A stretch of DNA of 64,000 nucleotides from Catajapyx aquilonaris (Eukaryota), in contig JYFJ02001747.1 of the NCBI GenBank assembly GCA_000934665.2, positions 1 to 64,000 of the forward strand, given 5' to 3'. Shown here piece by piece: positions 10,428 through 21,800 of the stretch. The notes beneath the pieces are model-generated. The model did no database searches, had not been told where the DNA came from, and was given only the letters and a program-made list of their open reading frames with translations. The first letter of the stretch is position 1; every line of letters begins with the position of its first letter. A program made the translations under genes and the position numbers.

Positions 10428-11720
10428 TCAGGCCATATCCATGTCTGTCTTTTCCTGAGACGTGTCAGCAGGTGCAAATCCTTTCTCCTTGTGGTTGTCC
10501 ATGTTCTTTCGCCGCTTCTGCTCAGCTCTCTTTCCATATTGGAGGACTGCCGGGGAGTACTGGTCGGAGGTTGCACGGGGTCTGCTGCGACCAGGAAGAC
10601 GCTGCTTCTCCTCCTTCATTTGTGATTTCCACAACGCATCAAATGAGCCTGGTGGCTGGTACCTGCTTGATGCAATAACACTTCATAAAATCATATTCAT
10701 GAGATGCTGCTATAGTATAGTGGTTATTCAGATGGTACAGTGCCGGACATAATAGCCGTCGCTGAATGTTTTTTTCCGGCGGAGGCGGCGGCGGCGTTAC
10801 CTGGCAATCCCGTCCGGCGGGCCAATTCAAACATCAGCCCATGGAGAGCGCTTCCATTGTTGCCCCGGCGGGCCAATTCAAACATCAGCCCATGGAGTGC
10901 GCTTCCATTGTTGCCCCGGCGGGCCAATTCAAACATCAGCCCATGGAGAGCGCTTCCATTGTTGCCACTGTTTACAAATCGAGTGAGTGAGTGCGGAGGC
11001 AGAAGAGACCCGTCGCTGGGTCGTCCGCGTCACTCGTTCGATTTGTAAACAGTGGCAACAATGGAAGCAGTCTCCATGGGGTGATGTTTGAATTGGCCCG
11101 CCGGACGGGGTTGCCAGGTAACGCGGCCGCCGCCGCTGCCGGAAAAAAACATTCAGCGACGGCTATTATGTCCAGCACTGTATAACAGATTACAATTGAT
11201 TACATTTGTGAGATTGAAAAAATTAATTCAAGAGTTATAGCTCACCCTGGCTCCTGTGGATCAAGTGGATCTTTGGACAGAAGAATATGAATGGCTGGTA
11301 TCTTCCTCTCAACCTTCAAGTCATCCAACCCTTCCACCTTGGGCACCCAATACTCGTCCACCCTTCCAATAAAACCAATGAATGTAGTAAATCTCTCATA
11401 CAAGTCCCTGAAAAACCATTCTGCAAGATGACCAACTGACTTTTTGTAGCAAACTTTGGTGATCTGGTGCATCCCCTTGTTCCTCCTCTTGAGTATTTCT
11501 GCGCAACTGATGGCCTTGGCCAAGGAGGGGCCAGCCCCACTCCACACCACACTCCTCTTCTGCTGTTCCTTCAGGCTTTTCAGTGCAAACCCAAGCAGGT
11601 TCTTCATCTTGCTTCCAGGCTTCACATGCATCCACACAAAGTCAACAGGGAGGTTCTTAATTGGAATGCTGCTGCGGTCAAGCTCTTCCTCCACATTCTT
11701 TCCCTTTGTGTAATTCTCCA
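10428..11720 (-). CDS. RPP25L: Alba-domain RNase P/MRP subunit p25-like protein; coding exons 11720-11441, 11362-11246, 10662-10428; the A of the ATG is supplied by an upstream exon
   Basis: (M)ENYTKGKNVEE..MHVKPGSKMKNLLGFAL..VVWSGAGPSLAKAISCAEILKRR..MHQITKV..EYWVPKVEGLDDLKVERKIPAIHILLSKDPLDPQEPGYQPP are RPP25/RPP25L family motifs. Introns are phase-consistent. Confidence 0.85.
10738..11180. mobile_element. Foldback-type Tc1/mariner-pogo MITE in the RPP25L intron
   Basis: TA|CAGTGCCGGACATAATAGCCGTCGCTGAATG ... CATTCAGCGACGGCTATTATGTCCAGCACTG|TA. The arms are complementary almost to the centre. Confidence 0.92.
10815..10967 (+). repeat. Three tandem 51-bp units inside the MITE left arm
   Basis: GCCAATTCAAACATCAGCCCATGGAG recurs at 10821, 10872 and 10923 (period 51). 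Confidence 0.95.
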
Positions 11721-12429
11721 CTGAAATGGCACAAAAATGCTGATCTAAATTCAATTTTCAATGTGATGGCAAATTGCTTTTAACGAAAGTGAAATCAGTT
11801 TATCATGTTAATGACACTCACAGAATATACCATTTTTCTTGTAGCTTATGGTGTGGTCCATTTAGTATTTAGCAAACCAATAATGCCCTGCAAAATGCAG
11901 ATGGGATGGCAGAAATGCCTCCTATACATCACCATAACATTTCTATGTGAGAGGTGTAGTCAGCAACAAGTGTCACAATAATTTAATTACATTAACCTAC
12001 AAACACAGAGCACATTATTAGGCAGCATGCATTGCAATAAAATTAATTGTAATCAAAATGTCCCAGTAAATCTGTCTGGAAATCTGCAATTTCTTATATC
12101 CGCATTCGAGGAAGCTGCAGTGGTATTCGAACAATATTGCGAATTGTCTCGGGTGCTACATTATTATGCCATTGTGCCGTGATGCCAGTGAACATTTGGG
12201 TACGAATGTTTACTAATTAGCTTACTTTTTTGCTAATTATGCTCTCATATTATGCCAGGACACTTTCCTGTTATTCTAGCCACTCTTCCAATCCACAATG
12301 TAAATCAGTTTCTGTTAACAATACATGCAAAACCTCAGTTTAAAAATATGTCTACAGACACGCTGCATCCAGCAATGCCAGCAATTGTAAATCTAAAGAC
12401 ATACAAAGCACGTGAAACGACCTTACTTT

Positions 12430-12690
12430 CATTACACCTTGGCCAAGCAGTAATGAGACAACGACTCTATCGATTCACAAACACTGCTATCGTTTCGTAC
12501 TACCCGCCACTTTCCCCCATTAATCCTACACTTTATTGCCAATTAATTTTGCTACCGGAGGCATGCAGCAAATTCATTACAGGCGAATTAACACGAAATG
12601 ACAAATTGGCTGCAACAGTTTTCCGAACTTCGAGTCCAGTTTGGCCGCTTTGTTTTCCCGACCTGGCAACCCTGCGCCATCTACGCCAAA
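12430..12690. promoter_or_regulatory. Probable bidirectional promoter RPP25L / TRRAP
   Basis: Divergent genes. DRE-like TATCGATT at 12468-12475 and CTGGCAACCCTG at 12663. The TRRAP first exon ends at the AG|GTGAGG donor (12706/12707) and is followed by a GC-rich intron start. Confidence 0.5.
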
Positions 12691-13272
12691 TGAAGAAGAA
12701 AAAAAGGTGAGGCTTGCCCGGGTATGGACTCCCGTGGGCTCGACCCAGGTTCATTCGGCCCCATCTGCCCTCCGTCCCCGGGCTCAGGCCTTCCCCGAGG
12801 CCCCGAGCAGGCGCTAGGTCCATCCGCGGGCTTCTAGCGGGCAACCGGCACCGCCAGGCGTGGGTAGGGGGCAGGGCTTGCCGCGTCCGGATTCAAGTTC
12901 GCACAGAGCACATGACTTGAGCTTATAGGAATTCTGGTCCATAGGCCTAGGAGAAAAGGCCGCTGCCTGCTCTGCAGGGTCAAGGTCACAGTGCAGGTCG
13001 GGCTGGGAGGGCAGATCAGCCTTGCACACACCTGTTGTCGAGGCAGTTCAGCTTCAGGCGGCCCTGAACTGAACATCCTATGGGATAGGCTGAGGGTATA
13101 TTCCGATGGGGAAGAAAGTTACATGTAAATTTACTGTTTCAAAAATTGATGTTGCCAACCTAACTGTTTCTATTAATTTTTCAGGTGTCATCATGTCCAA
13201 TAATACATAACGTTATTCCTTCCGATGGGCCGCCACATTTTAAACCTGTGCCAACCTTTTTAAAATACCAAA

Positions 13273-15785
13273 ATGATGGCCCTACCGTTGACCCATCCCC
13301 TCCCGACTGGGGTCCCAACCGACCCTGTGGCCCAGATGAATACGTACCGCTCCTTTGTGACTATGCTGGCTGATCCGGGAGCAAAGGATGAGAACAAGCT
13401 GAAGGCAGCGCAGGAACTCAGCGAGAATTTTGAGCTGATTGTCACCTCAGCACAGTATCCGAGCTTTCTGGACCATGCAATGACTATTTTTGTGCGGATT
13501 TTGCAAGATGGAGACCCACATTTTGTAGCAGAATATAATATACAGGTTGGAGGCATGAAGTTGTTGTCTGTGACTGTAAAAGGTCTAACAGTGGACTTTA
13601 TGACTAATTGGTCATGGTTAAATTGCTCTAAAAGAAAGATGCAATGTCTTGATTTGTGGAGCATTTGTAACACAGTAGGGTTTGTAGATGAAATTTTGAA
13701 AAAATATGAGCCATGTCAGTGATAAAAGAGCAATTTTTAAATGAAACTCTGCGCTAATGTACAATTTTGGTTTTCATTTGGCAGCAAGTCAGAAAACTAA
13801 TATTAGAAATGATTCATCGCTTTCCTATCAATGAGCACATGAGGCCATATGTGAGACAGATTCTGACGCTTACGTTCAAACTTCTGGAGGTCGAGAATGA
13901 GGAGAATGTGCTGGTGTGTCTCAGAATTATTATTGAAATGCACAAGCAGTACCGACCCCAGTTCAACCAGGAGGTGAGTGAAAATTTAAATTCAGTTGTT
14001 TTCCCTGACGCAGTATGAGGTGGTAGTTTCAATGGTACTTTGAACAAGAAGCATTTTACTTCAGCATATTTTAAGTACATGCATTTAACTTCAGATCCAG
14101 GATTTTCTTCAGTTTGTCAAGTCAATTTATCGGCAGTTGCCCACTCACCTGAACAAGATATTTGAACCTAAGCCACCCATAAAGGTGAAAGACCTGAGTG
14201 AGGTTAATATTGATGTCTTGTTGAATGAGACATACACGGTAACCCCAATACAGACTGAGAAAAAGGCAGCCGAGAATGCCTTGATCACGGTGAGCACCGT
14301 GTCTGTAAGTATTTATGCGTGGCTGAATCTTTGGGTCAGTCACCATTGAACAACTACATGCCATTTATTTCTTTGCAGTACAACCTGATCCCAAAAGCAG
14401 TATTGTCTCTGAAAGTCCTTCAAGAGTTACCAATCATTGTGGTGCTCATGTATCAACTGTACAAGCAAGCAGTGCAGCAGGATGTTGCAGATTTTATTCC
14501 ACTGATAATGACCACTATCACACTCCAGCCATCTCTACAGCACCGGTGAGTTAGGCTTGAAAGCAAAGGAGCTAGAGAGAAAGTGGTGAAGCGTATTTTA
14601 AAAATAGTATGAAGAGTTTTTGAATTTTTTGTCTATGTTTTGTATGTATATCCAGATTGTGATTTGTTCTAGTCAAATTACTGTTTGACAGCATGTTAAT
14701 GTGTATTTCTCCATCAGTTCAAGCCCTACCTTCAACAAGGAGGTATTTGTTGACTTCATGGGTGCCCAGATCAAGACCCTCTCCTTTCTGGCTTACATAA
14801 TCAAGATCTACATGGACAATGTGACTCAGCACAGTAACATGATGGTTAAGGGAATGCTTGGTCTTCTAACCCTCTGCCCAATGGAGGTGACGCACCTCAG
14901 GAAGGAACTGCTCATTGCTGCCAGGCACATCCTGGCAACCGATCTGCGCATTAGTGAGTTTGAGGGCTGCTATATTTGGAGAGCAAGCTCTAAACGGCAA
15001 ATAATTTCAGAGTTTGTTCCGTACATGGACAAGCTGTTTGATGAAAACATCCTGCTTGGAAAGGGTTGGACCACTCATGAGTCACTCCGACCACTAGCCT
15101 ACAGCACACTGGCTGACCTGGTGCATCATGTGAGGCAAAACCTTCCATTGACACAGCTGTCCTGTGCTGTACATCTCTTTTCCAAGAATGTACATGATGA
15201 GACTCTACCTACCAGGTGAGTTAACCTGTCATCCAAGGGAACAGCAGCTTTTAATGCTGCCTTAAGCTGGGTATCCATGTAAAAGATTCTCGTGCCAGAG
15301 TCCTCTTGTGCGGGAAAACTTGTCTGTTGAGACGGTCTCTATTTTGACTCATGGCCCCTCTGAAAGGGGATTAAAGTTGACAATTTTTTACTGTTTCTCT
15401 TTCTTCCAATACGGGCAAGTTCGCTCCTCTTGGCTCGAGAAAACTCTAGTGTCGATACCCGGCTTTACACTATGTTTGCATTGTTCAGGCTGCCGGAACC
15501 ATTTGTCTATGTATGAAAAGAGGTTAAGTGCTACCTTCAGAATAATATTATACTTGGTACACGGTGAAATTAATTGTCTACGTTACTTCTTAACCGTGCT
15601 GTTCTTTCCAGCATTCAGACAATGTCATGCAAACTATTGCTGAATTTGGTGGAGTGCATCCGCCAGAAGAGCGAGTCTGAAAAAGGGAGTGGAAAGGAGC
15701 TGTTGATGATGATGCTGGAGGTGTTTGTTCTCAAATTTAAAACTATTGCTAAGCTCCACCTTCCGATCTTGATCAACAAGTGTAA

Positions 15786-15818
<33 letters not shown>

Positions 15819-18800
15819 GCAAATGTCACAACCAGTAAATCCGCCTGGGACTCCGCAGCAGCTGTCTGCAATGGGGATACCTCCAAGTGCCATACCAACA
15901 ACCCCAACTCAGCCTGGGACTCCCACTCCATCAAATTCATACCCATTGTCGAATACCACTCCAATGCAGGTTGAAATCAAGACTGAAGATGGTGTGTCAA
16001 CTCCAAAACCCACAATTTCAGCTGATTCAAAGGAGGACAAGGAGAAGGACAAGTCCAAGTTTGGCTTTCCAGTGTCTCAAGCTGGGAATTACACGGTTCC
16101 AGATTGTCGTAGCTTGGTGAAAACTCTTGTCTGTGGAGTAAAAACAATCACCTGGGGATGCACCTCATGCAAAGTTGGCGTAAGTCCATTTAAGCATACT
16201 ACACAATCCAAACTTGAGCATGCGTATTTTTTATTTTTTTTGCAACTATCACTGTATTTTTGTAAGATAAAATGGACAATAACCATATTGTTAGCTTTGT
16301 AATGCAATGATTGACATGTGCTTTATTGGTGCACCGACATTTTTTTTTTTTTTTAACTGAGAAAAGAAAATTGGGAAATTCATAATACAGCATGTTATAG
16401 ACACATATTTGCATGTAGCTCAACACTTACACAACTTTCCAAGCATGCACATCTGTTACTTGTAGACAACAATGGACCCATCTATAGCACAATACAAACA
16501 GTTCCAGCCCAAGGAGACCCTGGTGTTTATCCGCCTAGTGAAGTGGGCCATGCAGGCGCTGGACATCTACACCATCAATGTGACTCCTGCTGGTCAGCTG
16601 CAGCCCCCCAGGCCACCTGCAGTGCAGACCTTTCGCTCAAAGGAAGAGAAGGAAGTCCTGGAGCATTTTGCTGGAGTGGTATGAAAACTTTGTTGGTCTT
16701 TAAAAAGTTGTTGGGAAATCTTGACGAATAAAATATTTCAAAGCTGAAGGGAAGCAAAGTTGATACATTTCAAGTGGCAGTTTTAGCCCATCATATTTTA
16801 AGGGACTTTTTTTGTTTTTTTTTTTACCCAGTGATAAGGCTGAGCCTTTTTAGGGGGGTGGAATACCACCATTTCACTCCATTTTTCCTATTATCTTCAT
16901 TCACCGGTGCAAGGAGTCAAGGATGTAGGGTAGGGATAGGGATTTTTGGGGACGTTGGTGCAAGTGTGAAGTCGGTAAAGGGGTCATGTGCTGTTCCCCA
17001 GGAGGTTAGGTTGCCAGACACCTCATTGGTGCAGGTGAGAGACCCTCCTGACGCAGGTGAAAGGAAAGTTCCCCAGGCGGGGATCGAACCTGGGGCCTTT
17101 CACTCAGCAAGCCGAGATGTTACCATCTCGGCCATCTACACCTCCCCTAGGGACATTTTTAGGGACATTATTTATTATTTAAATTTTTCAGTGCCAAGTA
17201 AAGCTTGAATACAGCTTCTACAAAGTGTCCAACTTTGGTGTGCCACTTTTAAACATGCCTGTAATCATACGGTAGTAAGTTGGTAGATGATGGGATAAAT
17301 TTGTAATTTTGAGAAATCACTGATGTGTCTTAGGCCGCGTTTCCATGTGAGCGATTTGCTCAGGGATGAAACCAATTGTTTTGGGTGAAAGTAACGTTTC
17401 GCTCCCAAACAATTGCTCATTCCTGCACATCGCTGATAAAATTGCTCACATGTAAACGCGGCCTTATACTATGCTAAAGACAGTGGTTACATGTCAGGAA
17501 GTTGAGTTACTGGCTTGTGTTTCTACAAACATTGTTTTGTTCTCTCCTACAGTTTGGAATGATGAACCCACACACATTCAAGGAGATATTCTCTACTACT
17601 ATTGATTACATGGTGGAGCGTATCTACAAGAACACAGCCCTGCAGATTGTGGCCAACTCATTCCTTGCCAATCCAACCACTTCCCCAATATTTGCCACTA
17701 TTCTAGTGGAGTATCTGCTAGAGAGAATGGAGGAGATGGGTAGCAACCTCGATCGAAGTAATCTGTACCTGAAACTGTTCAAGCTTGTGTTTGGGAGTGT
17801 CTCGCTTTTCGCTGCCGAGAATGAACAGATGCTAAAACCACATCTGCACCAAATTGTGAACAGGTAGGCTTGTTTCACTTAGGTTACTGTTGTATTATGT
17901 CCAAAAAGTGCTGGACGAAAAAATAAATCTGTTTGAAATTTCTGCAACAGGTCAATGGAACTGGCCCGAAGTGCCAAGGAGCCCTACAACTACTTCCTCC
18001 TGCTGCGTGCCTTGTTCCGATCAATTGGTGGCGGCAGCCATGACTTGCTCTACCAAGAGTTTCTTCCTCTCCTGCCCAATCTTCTTCAAGGATTGAACAG
18101 CCTCCAATCTGGATTGCACAAGCAGCACATGAAGGATCTTTTCGTTGAGCTCTGCCTCACTGTCCCAGTCCGTCTTAGCTCTCTTCTTCCATACCTACCC
18201 ATGCTCATGGACCCTCTGGTCTCTGCCTTGAATGGATCTCAGACCCTAATTAGTCAGGGACTGCGCACACTGGAGCTGTGTGTTGACAATCTGCAGCCAG
18301 ACTTCTTGTATGAGCATATACAGCCTGTGAGGGCAGAGTTGATGCAGGCTCTGTGGAAGACCCTGCGCAATCCCAATGACCAGATTGCACATGTGGCCTT
18401 CCGGGTATTGGGCAAGTTTGGAGGGGGAAATCGGAAGATGATGATTGAGCCACAGAGGCTGGAGTACAATGAGAGAGAGACACCAGGACCAAGTCTGACT
18501 GTCTACTTCCCAGAGCATAGGGATCCTGTGGCTCTTCCAGTTGAAAAGGTAAATGGGTCTGGTGTGAAGAGGCTTTGCAAAAGTGCTTACTTGGGGGGCA
18601 TCAGTGCAAAAAGCTACACGAACAAAATTTCTTTTCAAGAGAGGCAAAAAACTTCTCATGGAATTATTTATTGTCAAATACAATTTTATGAATGGCTTTA
18701 GTTAAATTATGTTGCATGCAGAGTCGTGTTCCTAAATTATAAAATGCATTATATACTATGGCAATAATTTTAAAAACCATTTTGGATCAGTTATGTGTTA

Positions 18801-21800
18801 CACTGATTGGACCAACTGCATTTTGATTCAGACAAGGGACTGCAAAATTAGGCATGATTCTTTTTTGGGTTAGTGATTAACTTTTTTTTTCCGAGTACCT
18901 TTTAAATGTTGATATTCACACTTCTGGAAAAAATCACCTGGAATGCAGTTCACAATTTTTGGGCGTGTTGGTATTTTTCAGTCAGGTATTGCTTTGGCAT
19001 TGCCCTCATCATGTTTGGTCAGGCTCGTAACATCGTCGATAAATGTCCCATGGACTGAAATGGGCATGTTTCACTTTGACCCAACACCCCACTTTCAAAG
19101 AATCATGAAGATCAAAAATTGCACTTGGACACAACCTTGTCTTTAAGATATATATACATGGAGAGTCTGGTAACAAGAATATTCTGCCCCTTTTAGCTGA
19201 AATCACAATGTGTATCTGTACCTTTTTCCCATGACATGCCTCGCTTTATCTTACTCTTTTAGGTGATAGAAACTGCATTTGGAGCCCTGAAGTCCAGCAC
19301 TACTGAGCCTTTCTACCGCAAACAGTGCTGGGAGGTCATAAAGTGCTTCTTGGTGGCTTCCATGCATCTGGACGATGACAAGGCCACTATGCAGGGTCTC
19401 TTGATGCACCCCAGCTTCTATGAGAGCGATGTCTCTCCAGTGCAGGGAGGATGTGCGAACCTCTACAAGTGCGCAGACAAGCAGGCCCGCCATGTCCATC
19501 AGATGGCTGTCACAGGCATGTTCGTAGCTGCAGCAATTAAGGAACTGCGACAGGCCGTCCTCCCAACAATGGTGTCACTAGTGCGACACTACACCATTGT
19601 TGCCATTACCCAGCAGGCCGGTCCATTTCCTATGATCACCAAGCAAGGGAAATTGCAAGGAATGGATCCACTAGTCATAATTGATTCTTTGGCTGTCATT
19701 ATGGGCCACGAAGAAAAGGAGCTCTGCAAGCCAGGCCATCTGAGTCTGGTGCTGATTTTGGACACAGCAACAAACATACTTGGGTCTAAATCAAGGGCAT
19801 GCAGGCTTCCTCTCATGGAGTACTTGGCTGACAGAATGTGCAGCTTGTGTTATGACAGGGCCTGGTATGCAAAGCTGGGTGGATGCATAGCCATTAAATT
19901 TTTGTTCGACAAGATGGACCTTAAGTGGGTCTTCGAGCATCAGTTTGTCTTCCTCAAGGCATTGCTGTTTGTCATGATGGATCTCACTGGGGAGGTAAGG
20001 TTCTTTTTGTGCCTTTTTTGGAATATCTTGTTCATTTTCTAATATGACATCCCAGATTTTTCTAATCCACATCTTATTGCCACCTAACTAAAGATACTCA
20101 TCCCAGTTTTGCTAATCCCATTTGTGTGACTTTGTACCCTGCAATTTTTATTTTTTTACTTTGTCCTTGGGAGTTGGTTGAAAGAGAGTGACTCGAATTT
20201 TCTGTTTCCCCAGGTATCAAGTGGTGCAGTGGACATGGCAAAATCCAACTTGGAGAAGATGCTGATGCTCTGTGCCACAGTTCTCCCCTCAGATAGTAGC
20301 TGTGACCCATCCCTTGCCATGGCCCAGAAGAAGAGCCTTCATGATGTGACCCATGAACTTGTGCGCCAGGTGACCAGCCCAAACACTTTGGTTCGCGAGC
20401 AAGCCATGCACTCTCTTCAAGTGCTAGCTAAGATTCAGGGCAAGAATGTGACTGAGGTGATGGAACCACACAAGGAAGTCCTGGCTGACATGATCCCTCC
20501 CAAAAAACACCTACTAAGGCACCAGCCTGCCAATGCGCAGATTGGACTGATGGAGGGAAACACATTCTGCACCACCCTCCAGCCCCGTCTCTTCACCATC
20601 GATGTGACTATTCCAGAGCACAAGGTCTTCTTCATGGAGCTCATATCAGTTGCAGAGGGGGATGAGGACTTCTTTAACAAAACTCCATGCTACAAGGGCA
20701 TAACAGACTTCATTCCACTAAAGAAGGCTGCTCTCAAGGCTTTGGCTGCATGCCATTATGTTGTATTAGGGAGGGACAGAATTCTCAAGGCACTCTTCAA
20801 GGTAAGGATTTCTCGGAACAAATACCAGGATAAAAATATCAGAGGTAAAGTCATGATAATTTGGACATCAATTAACCAGACTTCTTTATTACCTGTTTAT
20901 GTATTGCATTGTGACTACAACTTTATGACTCTTGGAATAAGAATTGCTATGACAAATTACTAATAATTACTTTCTTTACTTTTGAAGGCTCTGAGCCAGA
21001 CCACGCTGGAGCTCCAAAAGGCAGCATTTGAGTGTATGCAGCGCTTTATCAGTGGGGCTCACACTGATATTGAGATCATACACACACAGATGCGTCCATT
21101 GTTGTCTGTGTTGGCTGATTTTCGGGGTCTTAACCTCAATGTCCTCCAGCAGTTGGCTTACCTTACTCAGCTATTCCCCAACACTTTCAATGAGAAGTTG
21201 TGTGACCAGCTCATCCAGCATTACAAGAAGTGGCTTGAAGTTGCAATTGTTTCACACAAGGGAGGTACACGGGGCAATGGAAGTGACCTGAAGATTGCTG
21301 CAGCCATTGTTGGGATTTTTCACCTCATACCTGCTGCCTCCACCAGATTCATTGAATCTCTCTGCAAACTGAGCCTGCAGGTGGAGAAGGCATTGATGAT
21401 GGAAGCTGGTAGTCCCATACGCGAGCCACTCATGAAGTTTTTGTTGCGATATCCAGAGCAAACTATTGAGTTGTTCTTGGCAGAATCAAATGTACGTGAT
21501 CCCCAGTGGAGTCGTTACCTGCACTATCTCCTAAAGCACAAGGATGGCCATCCATTTCATGAGGTCCTGCAGGCCAACAGCCACCGTTTGTTGGGGATGG
21601 CTCTGGGAGGAAATGTGCCGCAAGTGACACAACTTGGTTCACACCTACAGTCAGCAGAAGTGGGAGAGATCAAGTTTCAGAGCATTCGCATAACTTCAAT
21701 TATGATAAAACATGATGATCAGTGGTTGAGTGGGCAGCATCAGCTGGTGGCTGCCTTCAAGAATATGTGGTGCACTGATAGTTATCAGGAACGACACCGA

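Noticed and set aside
10815..10967. CRISPR-like array and the repetitive ORFs 10724-11185
   Set aside because: The units are contiguous tandem copies without unique spacers, inside a eukaryotic MITE. The ORFs are by-products of GC-rich palindromic DNA.
18562..18685. H/ACA-like hairpin pair at the start of a TRRAP intron
   Set aside because: The first hairpin is plausible, but the second is very weak and no target was identified.
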